Shown here one piece after another: positions 35,801 through 48,600 of a stretch of 64,000 nucleotides of DNA. The notes beneath the pieces are model-generated. The model was not told the origin of the DNA and searched no databases. It worked only from the letters and a program-made list of their open reading frames with translations. This stretch comes from Fimbriosthenelais zetlandica (taxonomy: Eukaryota): assembly GCA_977030845.1 (NCBI GenBank), contig OZ365115.1, positions 10,230,001 through 10,294,000 of the forward strand. The letters are read 5' to 3'. A program made the position numbers and the translations under genes. Each line of letters starts with the position of its first letter. The first letter of the stretch is position 1.

Positions 35801-37759
35801 TCCTGAGTGATAAAACTCAGGAATGGATCTTGTGCAGCTGGGACCACCACAATATATACCAGACCCTGAAAGACATAAACACAACTTATACACGGCAGAT
35901 TCTTGTTTCACAAACAGTTCCAGGCGTCAGCCAGAGACTATACTTATTTCCCTTTCCCTTCCTTGTTTACCAGACAAAGCAATATAGATGTGACTGGTTG
36001 AGAGGGCAACAGTATTGAACTTAACATACAAATGTTTTGTTGCCTGCATATGAACCATAGGAAAGTGAATGCACACAATAATGTTGATGTCAGTGCATTC
36101 TGTCTCCAGTACTCACCACTGTACTTCCAATTGCTTTACTTCCTCTAGTATAGTAACTATCCTCTATTGATCAATAGTAGAAAATTATTAGCAAAGTATA
36201 CATAGTGTATGTACACCATCCATGTGTATGTGTATATAATATTCTGCACTTATTGATAGACAAATGATGTAAGACACTTCTTACTAAATGTGATCTCCCT
36301 ACGTTCTGTATTTCAAATGGAAAGACAGAAATTGGGAATTATATGTTAAGCATAAGGCATTCTGAGATGGGTGATAGTTATCTTGTAACCATGGTGATTT
36401 CTAATGTAGATTGTAAGGAGATGTGGGATGAGGAGCTGGCAGTATTTTCGTTGCTTGTGGTGGCTGGAGGTGGTTCGGTGGTGACGGTGGCAGTGGTGGC
36501 GTGGGAGACTGAAGCAGCATCAGCGGGAATGCTGCAGGTATATTCCCAGACCCTCTCCCTAGGAATTGCAGCCAGATTTTAAACCAGCATGTGCAAATGA
36601 ACATAATTGTCCTTCTTTCTTCTCCCTTTCCACCTTTAAGGATGTCCTGCTGAATTGCCTATTGCTTTTCCAAACAGTTTCCATGGTCTTCCTTTTCCCT
36701 GGACTCCTCTCAGCCAAGCCTAGTGTTGTAATGTTAAGCAGACCAGAAATCCCTTCCTCCGTCTCCTCTCTTCCTCCAGTCCCTTTCTCGAGCCTCCTCC
36801 CTAGTCTAAGTGTCACCGTTGCCATGGAAACGGTGACAGCGTTGCATCGACTGAGGGGGTGTGTTTTCTCACAGACATGGCCATGTTGACGGAATCTTTG
36901 CCAGGCTCTCATTTGAAATTCAGTGCCAATACATTCTCATAAATGACCATCAATGAACACCTGCATGGGAAGGATAGGTAATGATGTGAGAAAAACTCTG
37001 TCAGGGAAAAGAAGGAAAACACAATAAGCTTAATTAACCCACAATAATACAAACATAGTAACTAATTTGAGGTCCTATGCATATGTTTCTATGACACTAA
37101 GTCCTCTCTAATGGGCATTTTCCAAACTTAACTAGTTTTTTTGTAAATACAGTACAGACATTCAGATTTGAATCCCTATAGGATTTGTTACAAGAAATTT
37201 TCCACTCTCTAGAACAGTTTCCTGGGTCTGGCTGATGCACTACATTGGCCAGAGCACGTCCGCCTGTCTTTGTCAAGGCCGCTTGCAGACCACCACCACC
37301 TGCAAGCTGGTTACCATGGAAACCATGCTATCATTAATTTATAGAATGTTTTAATGGTCACTTAAACACTAAATAAGAAGGGCCCTCCTCTGGTCTAGGC
37401 CCTGTGGGGGTAAAATTAGCTACAGTAGGAAAAAAATTAAGGATATTTTGTGCTGCTGCATATTATAATGTCTGACCACCTGGAAGATTCCCTCACGGAA
37501 GTTTTTACTAAAAATTTTGAAGGAGAAGGATTGGGTGAAATGAATCAAGCAGACTGCATAGATAAAAGCTGAGTAATGATGTCTGGCTTTTGTGGGGTAT
37601 AGTAGAATTCATAGTATAGGCTAAAGTCAATATGCCCATTTATAATAGCTGTACTCTAGCATTAATAATTTTTACCACTCTTCCTTTCTAATATCATGCG
37701 GTCTGCCTGCTCACTACTTGAGCCACTTTGGTTCATTCACCCCTGAAAGACCCGTTTCC

Positions 37760-38480
37760 TGTTCCCTGTCCTGGTTTTTATACCGTTTCCGGTTCTACCG
37801 GAAGTGGCCAGCTGCCTACAGGGAAGTCCTGGGGGAGGGTGATGTGGAGACCCAACCATATTTCACAGGCGAGCCGTCACGATGCCAAATTAAGAGAATA
37901 AATATTCCATGAACGAGTCACGCCCGTCGATTTTATTGAGAAAAAGAAAAAGAGACTGTTATTGGCGGTAAATTGCTCCTTAGTAAACACCCTGGCAGCA
38001 GAATTCTATATTCGCTGAGGTCCGTGCCCCCGAGCCTGCAGGATGAATTATTAGTTGCAGTTCTCCCACTGACCACTTGGTGGCAGTAGAAAGTTGGTGT
38101 TGTCAGAGCGAGGCTTGATTGATGGTATTTCTGTGGCTGCCGCTAGATGGGGGCGATCTGCACTATTTGAATGATTTCACACAGAGAGAGCTGCTGCTGC
38201 AGTGACATAAAAAACCCAGATTTGGATTGGAGCTCGTGAAAGGTGTCTTTGACTCAAGCCGAGAATTGGATGCATTCCGGAAGTGAGACTTCGGAAGCCC
38301 ATTCATGCGCGGAAATGGAAATATAACTTAAGATATTGAAGGCTTATAAATCACTGTCAAAAGTTTGAAAACGAGGGTTGGGCAGCTGATTCTTTGTGAA
38401 AGAAAAGCTAATTAAGAAACGTCAGAAGGAGATCTAGCTGTGATTGATTCAGCGGAATGAGTTGCTGGCGCTATCATGAT
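37760..38480. promoter_or_regulatory. CpG-enriched promoter/enhancer-like island with ETS motifs
   Basis: CCGGAAGT motifs near 37798 and 38277, further CGGAAG/CGGAAA words, and raised CpG density relative to flanks. Confidence 0.35.
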
Positions 38481-39055
38481 GCATTGTAAGGAGGCCGGAT
38501 CGATCAACTCTTATTGCAGTTTGTAATGAATTACACAACCTCCTCCTATTTTCTCTTAATGCCGACTGGAATATTTGTATAATAATGCCCATATTTCCAT
38601 TGAAACTTCATTCGCCTCCCCATAATTCAGAAATTCTGGTAGTTAGCCTAAGCTTTGGCAGATGACACATTTTACATCTTAGCTTAAGCTTATGTGTTCG
38701 TGATTATCAGTATCAGTCTACACTGCATGTCCTTATATTCGCTTATGTAAACCTGTGTGGAATTCCTTTGGATGCTGCCTTAAATAACGATCATGGAACT
38801 AGTGTTCTGTATCAATTGTTTCGCGGTTTTGTATAGAATGCCTAGAATAGGCCTCTGGTCACCTGACCGCCTCACTAGCTCCACCGAGCGGTAATTAACC
38901 ACAAGTTAAAATTGTCTACAAGGGCTCTACCGATGAGGAAGGGGACACTGTTCCTACAGTTGGAACAATGTACCTTCATTTTCTGTAAGAGCAGGGATCT
39001 TAGCATCTGATTCCGATGTTAAAATCACATCACCCACCCGCCCTGTTTGACTTAC

Positions 39056-39208
39056 CTGAATGCCTTGGGGTAGGTGACCCCGGACCCGGTGGACCTGGAG
39101 TCAGCAGTGGCTGTTGAAGCCTTTGCCTGGACACAAGCCTGACGCTCTGAGTCATTTCGGTTTCCAACTTCTCCCTTTCCCATCCGGTCTCCAGACCGCT
39201 GGACCATA
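39056..39208 (-). CDS. KCNAB2: Candidate upstream KCNAB exon (153 nt, symmetric)
   Basis: tgtatttccag|T ATG GTC ... GCA TTC AG|gtaagt; phase-2 frame MVQRSGDRMGKGEVGNRNDSERQACVQAKASTATADSRSTGSGVTYPKAFR splices in frame to NLGKSG. Confidence 0.65.
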
Positions 39209-39330
39209 CTGGAAATACACAAGATTAAATCATGTTACCAAATATTAATTATCGTAATTTATGTACTGTACGATGCACGATCTAGAGTACTAGTTTTGTA
39301 GCCCTAGGATGAAAAATACCCAAATTTTCT

Positions 39331-39851
39331 CCCGGGGGGGGGGGGCACTCAAAGAGAAAGTGGGTACATACGCTCGTTCCCAATTTCAAGGAGAAAGGGG
39401 TACTTGTACTACAAACATCGAGGACCGCGAAATCTAAAAAAAAGGGGTACTTTTTCAAAACCTCCTCCTCGAAAATATAAAAAAGGGTATATTTTCCATA
39501 CAGATAATGAAAATGATGATTGTCAACTTTTGGACATATTGCATGAATAAAGTTCCCCGCCCCCTGCTTGTGCTGCCTCCTACAGGCCCACACTTCCACA
39601 TTCTCCAGCTGTATACATTATACAGCCCAGAGATGATACAGCTTGATGAGGTTCTATTTCAGTTCATTCTTTATGCTGTGTTGTTCTTGTACATATAATA
39701 TAGTTGGTTAAAACAAATATGCATTCTCCGCGTATTTGAAAAAAGGGGTACTTGTGGACAGGAAAAATCTCCTCGTTTTTCAAGAAAAAGGGTACTTTTT
39801 GAAGTTGGGGAACGAGCGTATGTACCCACTTTCTATTTGAGTGCCCCCGGG
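39331..39851. mobile_element. MITE with long TIRs and 8-bp TSD
   Basis: TIRs cccggg(g)n-cactcaaa.agaaagtgggtacatacgctcgttccc at both ends (~55 bp). TSD aattttct at 39323-39330 and 39852-39859. Repeated aaaggggtac subterminal motifs. Confidence 0.88.
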
Positions 39852-40971
39852 AATTTTCTATATCTATGTAAATCTGGAAATGGTGGGAATAGACTCGAGA
39901 AAAAAAATCGGGCAAGAATGCAAATGGTGAGGGAAGAAAACACTAATGACAGTATTATACAGCTAGGAATATTATTGATAAATGATGTGAAAATATTAAA
40001 GGGTATATACCATGCGTAGGCTATACCATAGAGGCTATGCCATACTATATTATGTGCAGCCATTTTATTCATTTTGTGATATACGGGTAAAAGGGCGTCT
40101 ACCTATAATAATGAAAGATTCACTATTACATATTCAAGGTAAAGACATTGTGGCTGAATTTGAACTGCAGGCGGATCCAAGAGGTCGCTCTATATATACC
40201 CTACTAAAGCTTTATTCCTCCAGGTCTTATTATTACACGACACACTTCACAGCACTTGAAGTGATGAATCAAATAGATTATACCCGCGGGATATGACACT
40301 ATATCTGAAGTCGGCTCTCACGGATCAATATCATATAGGTCTGAAACACCCCAGGGGGCAACTCCCATCACCCTCCCCTAACAACCTGCTGTATCCCATC
40401 CTCTCCTTCCCACCACTCGCCTCAAACAATTTCCCCATGCAACTGCAGTCAGTAGTTCAATAATTACACAACAAGGGGGAGTGGGTAGGACTGTGGTGCC
40501 CCCTCGTGTAGTGATCACGAAGCTACTCTAGTGAGGAGGAATGACTGGCTGGGTCTTTTCTTAGTACTGTGAAAGCAGCATAGAGGGCGTGTGCGTACTG
40601 GAGCGGCATACTGATCTTCTTTTATGGATCGAAAGAAAGGCTTTACAGAAAGTGAGAAAATGAAACCCAGAGGTGAAAAATGTGTCCCTATCGATTGAGT
40701 TGTTGTTGTGTAGGGGTTAACGCGAATTTCTACAAATTATCATTTATATCATGACGGTGCCTACTTGTGACACTGAGCCATATGCTCTTTTATCAGTAAA
40801 GATAGCCTCTCCCAATAACATGAACAAACGCATATCTGGGAAAAATGGATTTTTTTCAATGCCATTCAATGCCACCCATAACGGGACAATCTCAATTTCT
40901 CGGGTATAGCCCTATACTAGACGCCTATTGCCGTGTGGAGGCGTAGCTTTCAAGTAGAGGACAGTCACTCT

Positions 40972-40990
40972 AGAGCCCTCTGGTGGCAGT
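40972..40990 (-). promoter_or_regulatory. CTCF-like motif
   Basis: - strand reads CTGCCACCAGAGGGCTC, close to the CTCF core CCACCAG(A/G)GGGCGC. Confidence 0.4.
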
Positions 40991-42477
40991 TCCGAAATGA
41001 ACCAGCGAATACGACTATCGACGAGCCATCAGGGCTGGCAGCAGAGATAATCTAGCCAATAGATTTTTGAAAAGATGTTCCCGCAGAGGGAGGGATGGTA
41101 TTGGCTGGAACAGCTCCTATAAATCCAAGTAGTGTAAAATAAAAATCGCTCCCGGTCTCCGTCTCACAGCCCGGGTGATTCAAAGGGATCAGTTCTTGGT
41201 CGGGGAGAATAAAACTAAATAGGAAGGGATAATATGGTGGCTGGAATTAAAGGCCTTCTTTTGCTGTCTGTGTTGGAGATTTATCCTGGAGCTCATTCCT
41301 CTCTATGCTCATGGCAGTCTAAGGATAAAGGCTGATCGTAGCTGATAAAAACACAACTTGATGTATGTAGCAGATCGTTTTAGTTGATCATTCCAGACGT
41401 GTCCCTCGTAAAGTTTTCAGAGTTGGCAAGCATCAATGGAAGTGCATTTGTCTCTGTCAGACTCTTTCTATGATATAGTGAGATAAGAAAAGTATTGTTC
41501 TGGATATATCATCCACCGATATATCATTTAGTCTAATTTTACTGCATGATCCTTATCATTATGCATACTTATCTGTTAAAATGGATGCATATTGATCTAG
41601 TATGATATAGGTTTACAACTAGGCTCCATGCCCTTTTTACTTAATCATCTTGTTTTTGGCTTTGTTTGGCATGTTGAATATGGAACATCAAGATAGATGG
41701 CATACATGCCAGAACGTATCAGTCACAGTCTCCTGTGATGATTCTGATTCAGCCAGATGTCCCATGCTTCACTGGACACCCTGCCACAAGTATAACAAGG
41801 CCCCAAAGAGGAGAGGAAAATACCTCAGCCTATGATAAATGGTTAGACAGTTAATATTATGCTTTATGTGGCCTTGCTTCCTGATATGTTTGAGGGGTGA
41901 TTCATAATATAAAATAATAATTGTCAGGCTGAGAACATTCCGTATTAAACACTTCCTCATTGTTGTGTTTTAACACCTTGTATTTGTTGGATCAAGTGTC
42001 GGGCAACCATGGTTTAAACAAGATCCAGCACTCAAAGTGTACTCCAACAATTGGTATTGGCTGAGCAGGCGGGTAGGCAGGCAGGAAGAGAGACTTTGAA
42101 GCATCAGTGATCACATCGACTTCTATTTTAGACCTAATCTAAGCTCCGAATCTACTCTACAATCTGAGTTCTACGTGTTGGATCTTTACCATCGATTTAG
42201 GGAGAGTGAGCAGGTCGATATGCTCGACAACTGGGGAGGAGTAGTATGTTGGGTGGGGACACTAGGGAAGGAAGAGGAGGAGTAAATAGTACACATGTAC
42301 ACAGTCATTGTAATGGTATATGACATTGGGAACTGAGAGAAATAATGAGAGAAATATTGAATGCATGGAGGGAGTGCCATCTGGAACAAATCCCAGAATA
42401 CAGATCTGTATGATAATTGTCTGGGTGAATGGCTGTGATCAGAATGGGCTTCCTTTTATAGAGAGGCCAGGGATGTG

Positions 42478-42668
42478 GGAAAGTGGGTGAGTGCGTGCGT
42501 GGGAATGTGGTTGAGTGGTTTGGACGGTGGTTGAGTAGTTGGGAAGGTGGGGGAGTGTGTGGTTGAGTGGTTGGGAAGGTGATTGAGTGTCTGGTTGAGT
42601 GGTGGGGACGGTGGTTGAGTGGGTGGGAAGGTGGGTGAGTGGTCGAAGGTGGTTGAGTGGGTGGGCAG
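42478..42668. repeat. Degenerate G/T-rich minisatellite (GGTTGAGTGG-like units)
   Basis: Repeated ggttgagtgg/gtgggaaggt words over ~190 bp. Confidence 0.8.
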
Positions 42669-45600
42669 GTTACTTACTTACGTGATAAGTTGGTGATAAG
42701 GACAGGATATGGAAAATATAGTACTTTATTATAGATAAATGATAATTTGTAATCCTTGTAGAATTTTGAAGTGAAATTCGACGCTGTTTTTTTTTTATAT
42801 ATCGGACCCAATCTTCATGGGAAGAAATTCCGTGGACGAAGTGTGGGACGCAAGGGGGAAGGAAAGGGATCGAAGATGACAAAAATAACATTACATCTGT
42901 CCCTCATTTCTAGATAAATTCGGACCTTTAGCCCTTCTTCTCCCGAAAAGGGTAACGTAGGTGAAGATAGTACTGCTAAATATTCCAGCTGTCAAACAGT
43001 CTTTGTTTCCTTCCCAAAACATTTCCTCTTTCTAAGGTGCTTGCGGCGGTAGACAAGGTAGCTAATAAAGAAAATAAATGTAGTGTTTCCCTCCTTGCTG
43101 GAATACCAGTGAGAGAGAACCTGTAACAATGCCACTGAATTTGTTTTTTGCCATTTGTGAGGTGGCCAATAGTTGATAGACAATCATAGAGAATGGACCT
43201 TGGTAGATAGAGAGGTGTCTCATGGGAGGTCTTGTACTTGCAATAGATGGCCCCTATGGAAGGAAATTGCCTCGTGTGGGAAATGTCATATGACCCCCAA
43301 TACATAGATGCTAAGTAATCAGGTCTCAAGACCTCAGGCAAGCGGGGCATGCTCAAACAAGACATATTTCCTTTAGGGCAACAACCTATATTGACATTTG
43401 GATTCCAAACGATGTGCTAAATCGTCCTTTCCCTGATGGTTTGGACATCTGTGCATCCCGCTATAATGGGTTTGTTGCATGTGGCAAGTTTTATTAATTG
43501 GAAATAAAGCCCCTTTCCACTCTGATAAGGATTTGTGACCTTAGAGCTTTTTCGTTTCCTTTGTTCTGGCGTGTACCTTGATAGATATTTTGGGTATAGG
43601 TTTATTATGGCGTGTTGCCGGAGACAAACGAATGTAGGTGGTCTCTGGGGAACCCTTGTGCAAATCCCTTCCCCATACTCACTCCATTTTTCCCCTTTGA
43701 AGAATGTCTTTTTGAAGCTGCAAGAAAGATTGCCGTATGGTGTTCAAGGGCACATTGACTTTGGGAAAGGCTCTTGTCTCGATGGGCCTTTGATGGGCCT
43801 TTTCTAAGCATTAAATAGGGTTGAATACCATACACCTCAGCCACTGACAAAGCCCTATTTCCTCCAGTGTATAGGGCTTCTAGAGAGCCCCATCTGCCAC
43901 CATGCCACACACCACTGACTGCCAATACCCAAACCGTACATATAGACAGGATGCTGTTCTGGCAGCTGCTATATCTGGTTTCTTTCAGGAACAATGTACA
44001 ATATTGTGCCACAAACACTCCAAGTGTAAGGGTATATGCAGCAAATATAAGCCGACATCTACTGAAAATATTACCCCTGATTAAATGTGGTTATTGAGGT
44101 CTCTGACTGATTTCAGTCAAGTGATGAATATTCATGATGTTATATAAATGACTTCCTATATAGTTACATATGGCATACCCCTTGAGATGACAATCATGCA
44201 GTAAGGCCCGTCATTTTCCGAAGCTAAGGCTTAGGACATCTCTTCTATATAGATACATCATCTTTTATTCAATATTGAAACAATGGCGGCCATCATGCAC
44301 ATGAATACATTGACATGATTTCGCTTAACGGTATTTATCTTGCTCCAAGCATCACATTAACCTGCATGGCTTTCCATAAAAAGGCTTCCCCGATAGAGCT
44401 TCTCGGGAGATTTATATTATTTATTTATCATACCAACCAATGTCCCAAATCTCTCATAAGGGTTTATGTAGGTGCCTATGTTCAAGAGTGTATGGAAGGG
44501 AAAAGTATACGTTTAAACGTATGTATACGTATACTTCAATGACAGATATAATATACATATTATTTTGTGGAATATCCCAACATATTGAACCAGCAAATCT
44601 TCAAGTACACCAACTAGGCCCAGCTTTATTATAAATTAAAGAATTGCCTATTTGTTATTCAAAATCTTGCGTCCTGCATGGAAGCGACAAAAGTCGGAAG
44701 GATTCTCATTAATTATACCAGCATATCTAGCATGACCAAGGCATATATATTCGTCAGCATCGGGTGACATGGATGTACTTTGCATCATTCCCTAGTTGTT
44801 TTATCCCTGACTTTGTCCTAACAATTTATGGGTATAAAAGCACTGCCTACGCTACGCACTAATTGGACGATAGATTTCCGCCATACAATAATTTCCTGAC
44901 TCACGTCTTTCTTTTATCTCGGTAAAAACGAACGCTAATGTGTACGACTTGATGAGAGGGCCTGGTGAGCTGCAGACAAAGGGAAAGTGGATGAAATATA
45001 CCAATTATAGTTCTATCAATGTTCACGCCTGAATGGACACGAGAGGGCAGCTGGATATCTGCATGGCATGCAGTGCTGGTTAAAGCCTAGAACGTATGGC
45101 CATAGACGGTAATAATTCATTCCATGGGTTCTTCTGACTCAAAGATTGTCAATACCATGCAGGCGGTATGATTTATAAGATATTTACAAGATATGTGCAA
45201 CCAAAGTACCGGATGTGAGTCATTCGTAACACGTACAGTACATCTTCGATGTACGATCTAGGGAACAGTATATAATCTCACATTGTTATTATTGGAAAGT
45301 GTTATAGCAAGAAATGCATAAAATGCAGATCATGTAGGCATACTATTAAAAAGAGCCATGTAATTTGCCTTTAAGGGCTCTCGGTGGTGTAATCATATTG
45401 ATTATTGAAGATTACAGCAACCCCTGGAAATCCCAATCAATTTAATCAGGGGAACAGACGAATAATAAGCGCAGTACACATGTAGTGTCATCGTCCCTTC
45501 AGCCCCTCAGATTGTATGTTTTGAGCCATACATCTGATACACAGAGGGGCTTGCTCCCACATATAACCGTCCTGTTGTCTGGTTCATTAGGTCCTTTGCC

Positions 45601-48600
45601 CTCAGGGGACTACAACATAAAGGTGCACACTCCTCCACAGAAGGCTGACTTGGTGCAAGCTGAACCATTAGACCATAGCAGCATCACTATGTACTGTACA
45701 GGAACGTCCCATTAAGGGCGGGATTTATAACACGGCAGACCTGTATAGAACCCATTTACATAACAATGGATTCTCTCTGCCATGGTACCCTCTCAATCCC
45801 CACTTGTTTCCCTTCCAGACAATGGAGTGAACCTTTAGTACCAGGAGTAATAATAAAGTCAGCTAATGAATTATGATCACCAGATCCTTCTCAATTCCAC
45901 ACACGGCTTCTTATAGATCCTTATCGGAGATCAGATAATGTAAGATCCACAGAATTGCCTTAACTCTTCCCAGTTCTCTTTCGAAAAAGAGAACGGCAAA
46001 AATGTCTCAATATTATTTTGGAAATTAAATTTTATGAAAGATTACTTGTGAATACCGGTCCATGCAGGCATCGACGTAGTTGGAAAGTACTGTAGATGCA
46101 TGCTGTCACTTTTTATTATCAATTATAGTTAGATTAGTAAAACACTGAACGTAGATTTAAGTTATTGAGGTATTCACTTTCATCCAAATGGACACATGCT
46201 GGATACTAAAGCTTTACTCACTTCCCACTACTGGGCGACAATCAACCTCCATTTCTTGCCATCTTATCAGAGAGTCGCCACCATACAATGCAATTTGCTT
46301 GAAGAAGTGTCTCAGCGACTGGCAGATTAATTAAATTGACCAGCTTTCCAACAAGGAATTTGAGAGTCTCAAATGGAGATCCGTATGATTCTCAGGAAGT
46401 AACGCCATAAAGGATGTCTCCATTTCCCCAGTCATCACCATAAGCAACCGCCCACTCTTGCCTTTCCCGCTAATTTGAAGGACTGTGCAGAGGTTTGCTT
46501 CCCTAATTGTTTTCAAATAAAAAAACAGTTTCCTTCAATAGTACTCTACAGGCCCTTGCCATAGTGCAAAATGACCCTTTGAGACCTTATATCCTCATTT
46601 TAGAAAGCGAAGACTCTTACATCAATAGACATTTTTCTTATTCAGAATATTAATGAAAAGGAGTTAGGGCCTTGGGCACAGACGACATTCGTCAGGAGTG
46701 ACGTCATGTGCTGACTCCATTCCGGCGCCCAGTGCGGCTGACGTTTTGTCCAATGGGGGCCCTAATGGAAACGCAATTAATGACGTCACCAGGAATCAAT
46801 ACAAACAAATACTTGTAGAATGGGATTAATAACGACATTGGGAAGACCCCCTGACTTCTAATTGGATGAGATAATGTGAGTTTGTAACACCACAAAATAC
46901 CACAACATCATGTGTCCCAGGACAAACATAGTTTTGTCATCTTTTCCCATGACAAAACATTGTTCTGCCATCCGTCCACTATTTATAGGCGTGGTCTTGT
47001 TAATGTTTACAGTACGGCTATATAGATGGCTTCGGGTGAGTTGAGGGAAGTCCAGTCTGAGAATTTCCTCACCAAAGAATAAGTCGGGGGTCACCATGCA
47101 GGAAGAAGACCCCATTCGACAATTTACCCCCAATATTATCCTGGTTCAGATAATCCTGGACCCTTTCTTACTCAGCTGGGGTTCTAACTTTGCATTATTC
47201 TCACTTGAACCTGAAACATTGAGACTTCTACCCTTTCCTTGCTTTAGATGCCATTGCCACCAGCTCTAGTTGCCATCGATTTTCCTACCGTTTCTATTGT
47301 ACAAGTGCCATGTTCAGAGACAAATTGGCCCTGCTACGTGTCGTGGGGCAGTTTCTGTGGCAGTGCATTTAATCTCACTTTCGGAGAGCTCGTATAGGTT
47401 GTCGCTTACAACTTCAAAGCATTCTCTGACGTGAATTGGGCACGGGAGTGTCGTACAGGCGATATGTCACGCCCAATTTGTGGTTAGGTGTGGATGTGAA
47501 TGGATGGTAGTGTAGTGTGGGGAGCTTTATGGGGGGAAACAGTGAGTGTTACCTCATTATTATCCCACCACGAGAATATTCATAATGCTTTAACCTACAA
47601 ATGTCCACCATCTCTATCAGACGGTAAATAAATTTACAGGATTGTCCTTTCTACCAAAGGGAAATCATTGACGAATTGAGATTGATTTTCTCACTCAGAA
47701 TATTTCTTATGGGATTGAAGTCTTTTCCATGAAAGGAACCTGTCACATCAATTCAAATTTGACAGTATCACGGCTGAAAGTATAAACTGGAAATGGATTT
47801 GGGTTGGAATTATTCATTGAAGGGATTAAAACAGTGGAGCTCTAAAAGATCCAAATATCTATCATCTTCTTATGATGTTCTCCCCAATATTGCAATATTC
47901 TACATGTCATACATATTCTACAATTTCTACATGTAAAAAAGCCATTACGTAATCAGGTGGCTAGTGCTTACACGGTGTTATTAGGCTAATCTTATTAACC
48001 GAAAAATTAATATTTTACTGAAGTACGTTCACCAAGAATTCCATTAAAAAAGAACCTTGGACCATGAATGGGAATAGCATTTGAATGTACTCATAATATT
48101 TATTGAGGGTATTTATTTTGCTGGTGTGAATAAGTGTTCCAGTCCCCATTCTCATGTGAACTGTGTTTACTTTACGGGTTTTTTTTGTGGTTCGATCACT
48201 TCCTTCCTCATTAAGAGCACAACTGGCCTTTTAGCCAGCTGAATACATCCCATCACTGACGGTAAAAACCTCCTCAACGCCACCTACAGAGCCTTTAACA
48301 CATCAGGATTTGATTTCCAGCGTATGCATTGTGTGAATCGCGTGCAGAATCTGTGCAGTTGCGTGATGCAAAGAATCACGCCTTGCTCCCCTGGTGTGGA
48401 AGTTTTAAATCACGCTATTGATCCATTTCAAGGCTAATCATACTTCTACTTCCGACAGAATCTTGGTGAGCATTACAACTAATTAAATTTAGAATAATGT
48501 CAACTAAATTCCGGCAAAAAAGCTTTTCTTTGATGAAGTATGTTTACAGCAACATACATATGAACGGTTTAGACCAAGATTAATTAAACTTGGCACAAAA

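Noticed and set aside
46222-46318. 97-nt exon-like segment on the - strand with one open frame
   Set aside because: Phase 0 to 1 is incompatible with the KCNAB junctions, and there is no recognisable homology.
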